Part shown: positions 15,401 to 24,394 of the stretch, piece by piece
How the letters are laid out: each line of letters opens with the position of its first letter
How positions within the stretch are numbered: the stretch's first letter is position 1
Virus record (IMG/VR): IMGVR_UViG_3300020441_000016
Coordinates: 1 to 29,841 of that record
Strand: one strand, 5' to 3'
Origin: a virus
Lineage: Duplodnaviria; Caudoviricetes
Length of the DNA: 29,841 nt
Made by a program: the position numbers and the translations under genes
Notes under the pieces: generated by a model
The model's input: the letters and a program-made list of their open reading frames with translations, nothing else
What the model was told of the DNA's origin: nothing
Database searches by the model: none

Positions 15401-15624
15401 TAGCTTGTTGAACTAGACCATGTGCCTACGTAGTTTATACCACGTTGCATGACTGTCCAATTCGTTGTGTTTTGTTCTGGTGAGTCTGTTGTATTTGCTG
15501 CGTCTACTATACAAATATAGCTAGACCCGTTATAAAATACTACATCATCAACCTCGTAGGCAGAAGTTGTACTCCATGTACCTTTCCAAGTAAACTTCAG
15601 TTTGCCTAAATCTATTTGTGCCAT
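12430..15624 (-). CDS. Tail fibre / receptor-binding protein with N-terminal WxxxxxY..DVVxY repeats, a cupredoxin-like domain and RCC1-like repeats
   Basis: IDLGKLKFxWKG start, two CBM-like repeats, YYCTQHSGMG, repeated G.L..WGxNxYGQLG motifs. Confidence 0.85.
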   Translation of the reverse strand: MAQIDLGKLKFTWKGTWSTTSAYEVDDVVFYNGSSYICIVDAANTTDSPEQNTTNWTVMQRGINYVGTWSSSTSYYRGDVVLYNSTAYIMDSDSVSPLSGTNYTPGTTASTNHWKVLSTGTAGTYAAPGDLEYRGNAGSNLALNIGTLGSSLIVENDPKESFVAGTTAVYEQVQLPGATPATDGKSAYLFNSDHPTPESVTYTVTVAGGKFVINGTSQLALTLKTGSTYTFDVSDATNATHVLAFNARSAATSPTFDFETGAVANGVTRSGTPGQAGATVTWVVPHLGQLVYEYYCTQHSGMGAAITWTSSTKIVGRLLHSDSHPTIDLTRGNHYTFTFPTATGMTYSIKDQANHSKAGTNGRITAGVTPDFVAGGSISFVPSDATPHAIIRDEGLSADEINITLNSMFFKPKWSGAQSRKQDEPRDLSDTAYNDPSYNVFANHDINNYTESILPLPGYLKNSGRGFRYGTTSVGYRQGGIITRTRYTMWGNMLHNGSNGYYYGGGVGAGTSAINTADYRPWGSNWRTPKIWFEALAGNSDYAHFLTGVDGNDLGYLNAAGEPQVTKPRLKQVHKGSYYAYHLYENGIVTFAGYGGYGSFGNGVTRDAHQEYACVFHDESGTRLTGSNYPKIKQMETSNAHTGDHGAQSYYSQYMIDTDGFLYTMGYNGYGQLGNNTTSSNYYFKRIPKASFNNADIIYVHTSGYYYTSTYAIDSTGKLWGWGRNNYGQLGLGNTTDQTTPQEITNVAGSQLLGKKVVHLQANQDDDDQGKCWVLTDEGKLYFFGYLENYGYSTGYYDSSNTTSQTMPQLLTNSSTLWNSNDQKVVYFVTNNNRYSTLYIITDGGTTGATQKLYATGDNAYAQQGTATSTSSNVSSSTQGTGINNWFGKELQFRDLGQDWNDQSNQNIVNESFGNWDSFQTGGSNAGKMVIGKIVKIMPKGYSGENANRVVLIDEYGQLFAAGYWNYQMFPNTELDNESNMRSGPADNSTDQVYSDSFYPVNQFPGKVVDYCHVGPTNSENAWHVLTDAGVLYVGGDSSWSQNGFYYGGYHGFWRYQWNLGGNT

Positions 15625-15627
15625 TTT

Positions 15628-16635
15628 TTAAGCTGTTGTATTTAATATTAAGTGTCCAGAAGAATTTAGGGAATATCTGGGAGTTCCTTGTGTTCCGCCG
15701 GATGTTGCAGAGTGTAAAGCAGCAGAGTCTCCAATTAGCCATTGTGCTTCGCCTTTGTACTCATAATCCTTTACTGCATATGTAGCAGTGTTAGAAGCAG
15801 TTGCATAAGTTAATTGTAATACACCTGTACTACTTCTAGAAAAACCATAGAAGACAGTAAAGCCTGCATATGAATTTGCTAGTTGAGCATAATGTAAAGC
15901 GGAGAACTGATTTGCTACACCCGTAGATGTAGTAAATGCAGTATTTGCAGGGTTTGAAGCATACTTGTTAGCATCATTAACCTGAGCTGTCATGTTAGAG
16001 CCTGCGCTCTGTGCTGTAATTGCACTTGCCGCAGCTGCATTAGCCTGTGCTAAAGCGTTTGTAGCTTCAGTTGCAGCCGTCGCAGCACTCGAAGCCGCAG
16101 CAGCTGCTTGCGTTGTAGCGGTTGTAGCATGCCCTGCTAACACTGTATTATTGTTTGTTGTGATGTCTTCAACTTGTTGTTTGTTAACACCATCTGTTGC
16201 AGATATACCGTCTGCTACATTAGTAATACGGTTACTATCTACGTTTAAGTTACCACTGATGGTTACGTTAGACAACGTACCACCTAGGTTTTGCACTGCA
16301 TCTTTTTCTTCTTGTAAAGAGTATATAGTTTGCAGTGCGTTTTCGTTTAAGTCAGCTGCTTTTACAGAGGAGCCGGGAGTATACGTAACTCGAGGCGAAC
16401 CAACATCCGTGCTTCTAGCAATACGAATTATTACTGGACTGCTAGGAATATTTCCTGTTGTAAATTCAACTGTACCACCACCTGTAGGTGTATAGTTAAC
16501 TATGTTATAGTGAGTGCCTGCTGTTTGTAGTGCACCATCTAGCTTAACATCGACATCAGTGGTAGTAATAGATGGGAAGGTAAAATTTTTATTATTGTTA
16601 CCATCCGCTGTATATTCAATGAATGTTAGTGCCAT
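15628..16635 (-). CDS. Tail fibre/adaptor (T7 gp17-type N-terminal domain, Ala/Thr-rich stalk)
   Basis: YTADG...FTFP...IRIARST...GSSVKAADLNENALQTIYSLQE; position after gp16. Confidence 0.9.
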   Translation of the reverse strand: MALTFIEYTADGNNNKNFTFPSITTTDVDVKLDGALQTAGTHYNIVNYTPTGGGTVEFTTGNIPSSPVIIRIARSTDVGSPRVTYTPGSSVKAADLNENALQTIYSLQEEKDAVQNLGGTLSNVTISGNLNVDSNRITNVADGISATDGVNKQQVEDITTNNNTVLAGHATTATTQAAAAASSAATAATEATNALAQANAAAASAITAQSAGSNMTAQVNDANKYASNPANTAFTTSTGVANQFSALHYAQLANSYAGFTVFYGFSRSSTGVLQLTYATASNTATYAVKDYEYKGEAQWLIGDSAALHSATSGGTQGTPRYSLNSSGHLILNTTA

Positions 16636-19600
16636 TATTTATAAATTTTAAGTAATTCAGAATAAGTAGTTTGATCTGTCTTCATGTTACGTTTAATCGT
16701 TGCTTCTGCATTAGCTTTTTGTAATGCTAGTACCTCGGGTAAATCGACCATACGTGCCCAAGCGTTACCTTTTGCTTCTCTAAACAGTTTTTTTATCATT
16801 ATATTATGGAAGTAATCTTTATTTTCAAACTTAGTTCGATCACCACTCTTCATATCCTTACGCCTTTGATTGACTGATGCTATAATTCTAGGGTCTCTAG
16901 CTAGCCTATTTAGTTTAGCTTCTAGCTTTTCTTTACCCATTTCTTCTTGAAATATAGCTCGTAAATTAGGTGAATCAGATAAATCATCACCATCAGGAGA
17001 GAACATAGTTATTAACCGTGTATCATATCCTTCTTGTAATAGCGAACGTCCCGGAGAATTTTTTAGCACAAAATTTACGGGTATAGTAGCGTTCCAAGTT
17101 CTTTCAATAAAGTTCCAAGGTTGTAATCTCTGACCATTTAATATATCAGTTTTCTTAGGTAAGTCACCACCATACATTCCGGCAAAGTTTTCACTCAATC
17201 TGTTTCTATTACGTATAGAATCAATAATACCTGACTGTAGTTCATTAACACCAGACTGTGAGAATATATTACCTAGTGATGCACGTAAGCCTGCAAGAGG
17301 TACTTGGTTGTTAATTAAGCCTGCAACTACTCTATTGACTTGACCGGGTTTACCACTAAATATATCTACAAATGACTGCATACCCGCTAGGTAAGACTTA
17401 CTGGTCACACCCTGAGATAATAATAATGCCATTTTTAGTAGATTATCTTTTGTCCACTCTTCTCCCATAAGTTGACTTGCATCACCTATGTCAGCTATCA
17501 TAGACATAATCTGGTTGAATGGTTCAAATGAATCATACTCAACACCTATATCGCCAAAGAATAAAGTTCTTGCTTTAAAACCACCATCTATCCATGCTTG
17601 TCTCTGTTGCCTATCTATTGGTCCGTTACCAGTCATACGCCCTGTCATCCATGCCCATGATGCCATACTTACAAGTGAAGCACCCATCATCAATCTACCT
17701 GTTTGTAATGCCTTAGCATTAATTAGGTCTTGGTCTGTCATAATACCATATTTAGACGCTAGCTCGTCGGTTAGTTTGCCGGGCTTGGCAAAGGCTATAT
17801 CGTTAAACTCTCTTACTAGAAAGTTAAATCCGGGTGTATGTTTTGCAGTTAGTGCTAATCCGTTTACACCTGTTCGAGCAAACAGGAAGAAAGGTTTAGC
17901 CCAAGGGTTTTGTTGAAATACTGCGTTTAGATTTGCAGCAAAACCTGACAAATCTTGCGTTAGGGTTACTTCTTGTCTGGCAAATTTTGTTGCTCCTTCG
18001 ACGATATTACCGTCAGCATCAAATATATCAGAATAGAAATAATCCTCATAACTTCTTATTAGTGCGGGATTGATTTTTATACCATCTGCAAGTGCACCGG
18101 CTTGTTGTGCATCAAATGCAGACATTAAAGCTTTCTCCCTCATTTTAGCTCTACCTAATATAAATGCAAACGCATCGTCAGTAGCCGCCATTAGTTTTGT
18201 GCCGTAAGTCAAAAAGTTTTTATCATTCATACTCCGAGCCATATTTGCCATAGCAAATGCAGCCTTGTCTCCGGCAGACGCACGATCGCTTTCAGCCCAT
18301 CGTCTTAGTATTTCCCAGTTATCATCTCCCTGTGTATATTCAGAGAAACGAGTTTTTACAGTAGCAATTTCTCCTGACCAATATGAGTTAAGTCTAGTTT
18401 TAAACAACTCAAATGACTCAGGTATAGCTTCCATCATAGCGTTCATAGATGCTAGACCCGCACGTATTGTACGTGTGTCACCAGTAAATGGCAACCTTCC
18501 TAGACCACCTAATGTAGTTGCAAAAGGACGTAAGAATGTATGAGTAGATGTACCAATAATAGCTCGTAAAGGAGTTTTAGGTCCAGATAATACACTGTGT
18601 ATCATAACACCTTGTAGTTCTCTGATTAGTGCACCTGTCTGGTTTTTACCTTCAATCGTACCACCTTTTACCATCTTTCTTGCCCATGCGTCAAAGTCAT
18701 CAAGACTGTTAACTGTCTGCATAGATGAAAAAGCTTCAAACAATGCCATCAATAAGTTAGTATCATCAGAGTTATTGTTAATATTTAGTATACTTTGTAT
18801 AGCTTCTCTTGTATCAGCCATATCAGCATCAAGAGTTCTTTTCAAATAACTACGTTTAACCCCTGCATCTAACTCTCTAAAGTTCTGTGACTTTATAATT
18901 CTAGCACGTTTTGCTTCAGTCAATGCCATAAACATTGTATCTCGTATAGCTTCTAGTGGTCCGTCAACGTCTGCTATATCAACAAAGTTGGCTAACTCTC
19001 TACCCGCTATACCCATATCTCTAACTTGCTGTAGTAATGTACCGACAACCATATCAGCAACAACTACGTACTTACTTGTCATAGTTTCAAGTTTGTCAAC
19101 TATGTTTCCATCTATATCAGTTATCTCATAAGCATCTGTAGCTCGAAATAACTCTTCTAAATAGGCTTCTGGTGACATGTCAGCTGCATTTCTGCCTAGT
19201 GTTATTCGCTGATGTGCTGCAATAGCATCACCAAACACATCTACTAGACGTAAATTCTTAGCTTTAACTTCATCTATAATGTTTTTGTACTTGTTATTAC
19301 TATATAATTTTTTTAATACGTTATCTACAACATCTTCACTAAGTCCAGATTCTTGTGCACCTCTAGTTCTTTGTACAGCTGTAACAACATTACCGCCTGC
19401 ACCTTCTTCTGAACCCCAGTTTTCACGTATTTTCTTATCTCGTACCCATACATCGTAAGGGTCGTCCTCAGAAAAATATGCTCCCTGATGTGGTTCAGCT
19501 AGCGGTCTATTTTTAGCCGCTCTAAATCCACGTTCTCTATCTCTTAGTTGTTTTAATCCTAGTTCAGTGCTTTGATCTAACTGACTTTGACCTCTTTTCT

Positions 19601-20381
19601 GTACATATTGGGCAACGGATTTTTTACCTTTTCCTATTGCCATAAATGCACCATCAAATACAAGTCCGATTCCCATACCTTCAACGATGTTTTTTAACTT
19701 CATCATCATAGGATGGTCTTCTTCCTGTGTACTAAGTGGTGTATCCATCCAACCATAATGGTCTCTAAGTGAACCTAAAGCATTATGCCCATCAGATTCT
19801 TTAGATATTAGGTCAGATATAGCACCAACACCGGCTGCTCTTACAAGGCTATTAGCACCTAGTAATGCTTTTGCACCGGCACCTATACCTAATCCTACGC
19901 CTGCTTTGGCTGCAACTGCGGCTGTTCCGAGTATAGCAGCTGACATAGAACCAAAATGTACTACACCTCTAGCTAGTTTACCCCACCATGTTTTAGTAAT
20001 GATAGGATTCTCGCCATTTCCTGTAGCAGGGTCCCACTCAGGTTGATAGTAACCTCTTTCTTTTCTTTCTCTTTGCCACTCTCCAGAAAACATATCAAGT
20101 GCACGTTCTGGAAGAGTAGTAACACTCGATACAGTGTCCTGTAATCCACCTGTTACTGCACTAGATAGTTCTTTAGCAACACCCTTGACTCCCCAAGATT
20201 CTTTTTCTCGTGGGTCAACAAGTTCTTCTTGCTCTTCTTCTATTGCAGTTTCTTCTGCTTCAGCATATTGCTGTGCCTCTTGGAGTTTTCCTTCAATTTG
20301 TTGTACAGCTTCAGAGGCGTTTAAGCCGGACATGGGGTCTTCTTGCAACCCCTGTTCGACATCAAAATAATCTTCGTTCAT
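16635..20381 (-). CDS. Internal virion (ejectosome) protein, gp16-like
   Basis: 1248 aa, directly upstream of gp17; [11 protein letters not shown] and MTGNGP motifs typical of marine T7-like gp16. Confidence 0.85.
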   Translation of the reverse strand: MNEDYFDVEQGLQEDPMSGLNASEAVQQIEGKLQEAQQYAEAEETAIEEEQEELVDPREKESWGVKGVAKELSSAVTGGLQDTVSSVTTLPERALDMFSGEWQRERKERGYYQPEWDPATGNGENPIITKTWWGKLARGVVHFGSMSAAILGTAAVAAKAGVGLGIGAGAKALLGANSLVRAAGVGAISDLISKESDGHNALGSLRDHYGWMDTPLSTQEEDHPMMMKLKNIVEGMGIGLVFDGAFMAIGKGKKSVAQYVQKRGQSQLDQSTELGLKQLRDRERGFRAAKNRPLAEPHQGAYFSEDDPYDVWVRDKKIRENWGSEEGAGGNVVTAVQRTRGAQESGLSEDVVDNVLKKLYSNNKYKNIIDEVKAKNLRLVDVFGDAIAAHQRITLGRNAADMSPEAYLEELFRATDAYEITDIDGNIVDKLETMTSKYVVVADMVVGTLLQQVRDMGIAGRELANFVDIADVDGPLEAIRDTMFMALTEAKRARIIKSQNFRELDAGVKRSYLKRTLDADMADTREAIQSILNINNNSDDTNLLMALFEAFSSMQTVNSLDDFDAWARKMVKGGTIEGKNQTGALIRELQGVMIHSVLSGPKTPLRAIIGTSTHTFLRPFATTLGGLGRLPFTGDTRTIRAGLASMNAMMEAIPESFELFKTRLNSYWSGEIATVKTRFSEYTQGDDNWEILRRWAESDRASAGDKAAFAMANMARSMNDKNFLTYGTKLMAATDDAFAFILGRAKMREKALMSAFDAQQAGALADGIKINPALIRSYEDYFYSDIFDADGNIVEGATKFARQEVTLTQDLSGFAANLNAVFQQNPWAKPFFLFARTGVNGLALTAKHTPGFNFLVREFNDIAFAKPGKLTDELASKYGIMTDQDLINAKALQTGRLMMGASLVSMASWAWMTGRMTGNGPIDRQQRQAWIDGGFKARTLFFGDIGVEYDSFEPFNQIMSMIADIGDASQLMGEEWTKDNLLKMALLLSQGVTSKSYLAGMQSFVDIFSGKPGQVNRVVAGLINNQVPLAGLRASLGNIFSQSGVNELQSGIIDSIRNRNRLSENFAGMYGGDLPKKTDILNGQRLQPWNFIERTWNATIPVNFVLKNSPGRSLLQEGYDTRLITMFSPDGDDLSDSPNLRAIFQEEMGKEKLEAKLNRLARDPRIIASVNQRRKDMKSGDRTKFENKDYFHNIMIKKLFREAKGNAWARMVDLPEVLALQKANAEATIKRNMKTDQTTYSELLKIYK

Positions 20382-23185
20382 TCTACCTCGTCATTCATTA
20401 AGTTTTCAGCTATACCTGAGTCTAGACACCAAGGGGAGTTATAGCCTGTATACAAATCATCATCAAAACTCACAGCTAAGTCAGAAGATTCTTGCCAACT
20501 TATGTTTAATGGTTTTATTTCTTTTTGATAATTTTGTAAATTCATGTAGCTTTGTTTGCCTAGTATATTATACATAAACAATGCCTGTTCGACCATGTCT
20601 TGCGTATTTTTATCATACGGCATTTGTAATATATCAGGACCTAAAATTTCAATAGCTTTATTTAAGTCACCAGTAGTATGTCCATATATACCTACACCAC
20701 CATAAAGACCGTAGCCCTTACCTTTCATTAAGTCGTTAACTTCGCCTAATGGAGTTACTGTAGGGTCAATACGTTCTCCACCTGTTGGAGATATAAATGA
20801 TTCATGTAATGGATTCTTTTCAAGACTTTTTAATATGTCAGTACTTGATGGGATAGTGTCTGTTCCATTTTCTGGCATAGTCCATATATTCTCTCCACCA
20901 GAAACATTTATAAGACCTCTCATAGCCTTGCCGTCTCCCGGCATGTGACAGAATAATCCTTTAGTATCTTTATCTAGTCTGGCTTCTGGAATTGTAGTCT
21001 CACCATCTTTAAGAAGACCTAAAGCCTTACCTCGCATTTGTATAACTTCATGTGATGTATAGTTTTTAGCACCTACACCTACTTGTAAGTAATATAAAGG
21101 CATCGGTCCATTACCGGCTAAATAGTTAACTAAAGCTTCTTGATGTATCTTTTCACCGGGTAAGTGCTTTTCACCATTTAATAAATCATCTTGTACGTTA
21201 GAATCATTTATTAAGTCAGCAGCTACTGTACCTTGTTTTAGTATTAGTGTTCTGTTGGCAACATTAGCTGCACCCATACCATCTTTAAGACTTGTATCAA
21301 GATACTTATACCCTGCCTGTTTGGTTTGTGGGTCTTGCTCATTAAATGTTGCTATAACATTTTTTCTAGCTTGTTCAATAGCAACTTCTGGTGGTACACC
21401 TTTTTTAATTAACTCTTCAACTTGTATCCTAAAATCTTTTTTAGCATTATAAGTTATCTGATTATTTTCACCTGATTTGATTGCTACGTTACTTTCTCTT
21501 TTTAGTTTTGTATCAATATGATCTTCTACTATTTTTAAATCAGATTTGTATGCGTCTTTATGTATTTCAAGTATTTGACTAGGCTTATATTTTTTACGAT
21601 ACTGTTCACGTAATTTTGGGTCATTGATCTCATTTAATCTCATGTCAAGATTATCAATGTGACCTCCGTTGTCTGGGTCGTAAAAATCAGCTTCTAGTTG
21701 CTTGATAATATCTTGGTCGATCTTATCTTCAGAAGTCCTATATTCCAGTAATGGTTCTAGCTCTTTGTAAAACGGGTGAGCTTCTGTTATATTTAGATCA
21801 TTAGTAATTTCTTCAACTAATCCTCTTAACTGCTCTTCGTTTATCTCGCCTTTCATATTAGTTTTAATATGATCTAGCTGTGCTTTTACCTTAGTCTGTA
21901 TATCAAGTTTCTGTTCGTTTTGACCATTAACATAATCAAGACTCTTAGTCTTATCTATAACTTTACTGATTCTATTATAGAACTCAGGTTGAGATTGTTC
22001 TAATGTAGTAAGTTTACCTGTGCCTCTATGTTTGAACTCTTGCTCAAGCATTTTTTCAGCAGCTGAAATAGTTATACTTCCGTCTGCAATCTTTTTTTCT
22101 AAGTCTATAGCTGCTAGTTCATACGCATATGGTGTATTCTTAACACCAGTTGCATATTCAAACTGTGCAATATATCCAGAGTTTTTATCAACACCGTCTC
22201 CAACTAAAGCTTTAATACCATCAGTATTTACATTTTTAGCAAAGTCAGTTTGACGTGTAACTTCCGCAGCTTTCTGAACTTTTTGATACTGTCCGTCTAC
22301 CGCTTTACGATAGAGACCGGCAGTAGTTTCATTAGTTTTTTTAAGAAGTTCTAATCTTTGTTTTCTACCTAAGAAGTTATCACCACCTTTAAATATACCA
22401 GATTTAGCATACCACGATTGGTCCCAAAATCTTTGTAGTTGAGCGGCTAATTTAAGATTACCTTTTTGTATAGCTTCTTGTACAGACACTCCGCCTGCTT
22501 TAAGTTGAGCATCAGTCATTCCTTCTAGCTTAACTTTTCTAGTTAAATTTTCAGTAACATATCCTTGATGATCTTTTGTTAAATCAACAGTAAGTGCAGC
22601 TCCACGTGTGCTATAGTCATTAAGCATGTCTCCTTCAGAAACTGCTATATACTCTTCTTTAGCAGCAGTGCTATCAGTTTGATTAATTTCGTTCTGTAGC
22701 TCACCAGTTATTTTTTTAGCTTCAACACCGGCTTCATTAGACTTTTTACTTAGCTCTTCTTCAGCTGCCTGTTCATCATCTTTTTTATCAATAGTAGTAG
22801 TTTTACCGGCAGGCTTTTGATCTATAGGAACTGTACTACCAGAAGGTAATTGGTCAACAGGTACGACTTCCTTCTTTACTTTTTTACCACTTGAAGGTAA
22901 CTCTTTATCTATTTCATCAGTAGCTTTTTGGCTTTTTAATAACTCATTAGCTTCGTTCCATTCAGCAAGCTCTTTAGCAAACTGACCGCCCTGTTTAATT
23001 AGCTGTCCAAATTTCTGAAAGTTCTGAGACCTTTGATTCGCCATTCTAACAGCTTCAGCACCACGAGCAGCATATTCTGTCTCGTTACTTTTTGTAACTG
23101 CATCTTGTTCAGCGTTAATAGCTTTAGAAAAATCTCCTACCTCTTCATAGTTGTACTGAGAGGTATTGAACATATTTGAATCCAT
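20378..23185 (-). CDS. Internal virion protein, gp15-like
   Basis: 935 aa, charged helical composition; position between gp14 and gp16. Confidence 0.78.
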   Translation of the reverse strand: MDSNMFNTSQYNYEEVGDFSKAINAEQDAVTKSNETEYAARGAEAVRMANQRSQNFQKFGQLIKQGGQFAKELAEWNEANELLKSQKATDEIDKELPSSGKKVKKEVVPVDQLPSGSTVPIDQKPAGKTTTIDKKDDEQAAEEELSKKSNEAGVEAKKITGELQNEINQTDSTAAKEEYIAVSEGDMLNDYSTRGAALTVDLTKDHQGYVTENLTRKVKLEGMTDAQLKAGGVSVQEAIQKGNLKLAAQLQRFWDQSWYAKSGIFKGGDNFLGRKQRLELLKKTNETTAGLYRKAVDGQYQKVQKAAEVTRQTDFAKNVNTDGIKALVGDGVDKNSGYIAQFEYATGVKNTPYAYELAAIDLEKKIADGSITISAAEKMLEQEFKHRGTGKLTTLEQSQPEFYNRISKVIDKTKSLDYVNGQNEQKLDIQTKVKAQLDHIKTNMKGEINEEQLRGLVEEITNDLNITEAHPFYKELEPLLEYRTSEDKIDQDIIKQLEADFYDPDNGGHIDNLDMRLNEINDPKLREQYRKKYKPSQILEIHKDAYKSDLKIVEDHIDTKLKRESNVAIKSGENNQITYNAKKDFRIQVEELIKKGVPPEVAIEQARKNVIATFNEQDPQTKQAGYKYLDTSLKDGMGAANVANRTLILKQGTVAADLINDSNVQDDLLNGEKHLPGEKIHQEALVNYLAGNGPMPLYYLQVGVGAKNYTSHEVIQMRGKALGLLKDGETTIPEARLDKDTKGLFCHMPGDGKAMRGLINVSGGENIWTMPENGTDTIPSSTDILKSLEKNPLHESFISPTGGERIDPTVTPLGEVNDLMKGKGYGLYGGVGIYGHTTGDLNKAIEILGPDILQMPYDKNTQDMVEQALFMYNILGKQSYMNLQNYQKEIKPLNISWQESSDLAVSFDDDLYTGYNSPWCLDSGIAENLMNDEVE

Positions 23186-23961
23186 TATGCTGCCTCCAGT
23201 TCTACATCTAGTTGATCGTAGTAAACTCCGAGTAATCCATTTTCCATAACTGTTACAGCCATAGGATTTATTTTGACTACATCTTGTGCAATCACACCTC
23301 TGTATCTTTCTTCAGCATCTTCTCCTTTGTAGTTCCACTCGTAAATTGTGTAACCGTCAGGAGATTTGCCTACTTCTTTAATGTTCTCTTTTACACGCCT
23401 GTCACTAACACCGGGTAACGCCATGATACCGCTTGCTACGTTAAGACCAAAGCTAACACTATTCATGAACTGACCGGCTCTATCTTTAGGAGGTAACATA
23501 GTAGGCATACCAAATTGTGGTCCCATACCAAGTCCCGCTCTCTGTTTTCTTTCCATAGCCTGAGTGCCTTGCTGTAATCTTTGTTGAGCTTTGGCTTCAC
23601 CTACAGTTGCTAGTTTATATTGTTTTCTATCTATATCAGCGATTTTATTAAAAAACTCCATCTGTCTGGCTCGACCGGCATTTCTGCTCTGTCCGCCTTC
23701 ATTGACTTTTTGATTACGAAACATCTTTGCAGCAGCATTTTGCTTACCTACTAAAGCGTCTCCTTGTGCTTTTGCAGCATATTCTTGGAAATCACTTAAT
23801 GCACGTGATCTACCGATACCTCGTATGTTTTTTAAGTTTTCTTTAAAATCTGATTCTTTATTCCATTGTTTAATGGAGTCGCCATAATACTTGGCGATAC
23901 GAGCTTTGTTACGCTCTCTTGCTTGTCGCCTTATTCCGGCGTTAGGGTCTGGTGCACACAC
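23185..23961 (-). CDS. Internal virion protein gp14-like with a C-terminal peptidase S74 intramolecular-chaperone domain
   Basis: MCxP start and Gln/Ala/Gly-rich body; SDRRVKENI...IYEWNYK...GVIAQDV...VYYDQL. Confidence 0.85.
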   Translation of the reverse strand: MCAPDPNAGIRRQARERNKARIAKYYGDSIKQWNKESDFKENLKNIRGIGRSRALSDFQEYAAKAQGDALVGKQNAAAKMFRNQKVNEGGQSRNAGRARQMEFFNKIADIDRKQYKLATVGEAKAQQRLQQGTQAMERKQRAGLGMGPQFGMPTMLPPKDRAGQFMNSVSFGLNVASGIMALPGVSDRRVKENIKEVGKSPDGYTIYEWNYKGEDAEERYRGVIAQDVVKINPMAVTVMENGLLGVYYDQLDVELEAA

Positions 23962-24394
23962 GGCAAAATTCTATAAATGGTAAATTGTTTGGTCCATGAT
24001 TAAACTTACGTAAAAACTTGAAACCTATGAATTTGAGTAGTTTTAAATGTGCTGTATTTCTACAGTCTACGATGTTCCACAATAGAGGCTCAGTACGGCT
24101 ATCGACCCACCGCTTGGCTTCTCTTGCAAATGTAATTGGATAACGATGGATTGCCGGAGTGCATAGCATCCAGATTTCTCCACCGTCCCCGACTCCTGCT
24201 AGTCCGGCAGTCTTGCCGTCTGGTACTGTGAAATACACAGCAGAGCCTTCCTGAGCCACTCTAGGGAGGATTAGGAATGGGTCTAACCCATGACCCTCGA
24301 CGACCTCTCTGAGGTCATCTGGGCGTAGGTTATAGGCCACCTCTAAGGCAGCCTCTTTTGTAATTGGTTTTACGTATTGATCTAATTTAGACAC
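23942..24394 (-). CDS. T7 gp13-like protein (GNAT-like fold)
   Basis: LRPDDLREV, IWMLCT, LWNIVDCRNTAHLKLLKFIGF; position after tail B. Confidence 0.88.
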   Translation of the reverse strand: MSKLDQYVKPITKEAALEVAYNLRPDDLREVVEGHGLDPFLILPRVAQEGSAVYFTVPDGKTAGLAGVGDGGEIWMLCTPAIHRYPITFAREAKRWVDSRTEPLLWNIVDCRNTAHLKLLKFIGFKFLRKFNHGPNNLPFIEFCRVCTRP

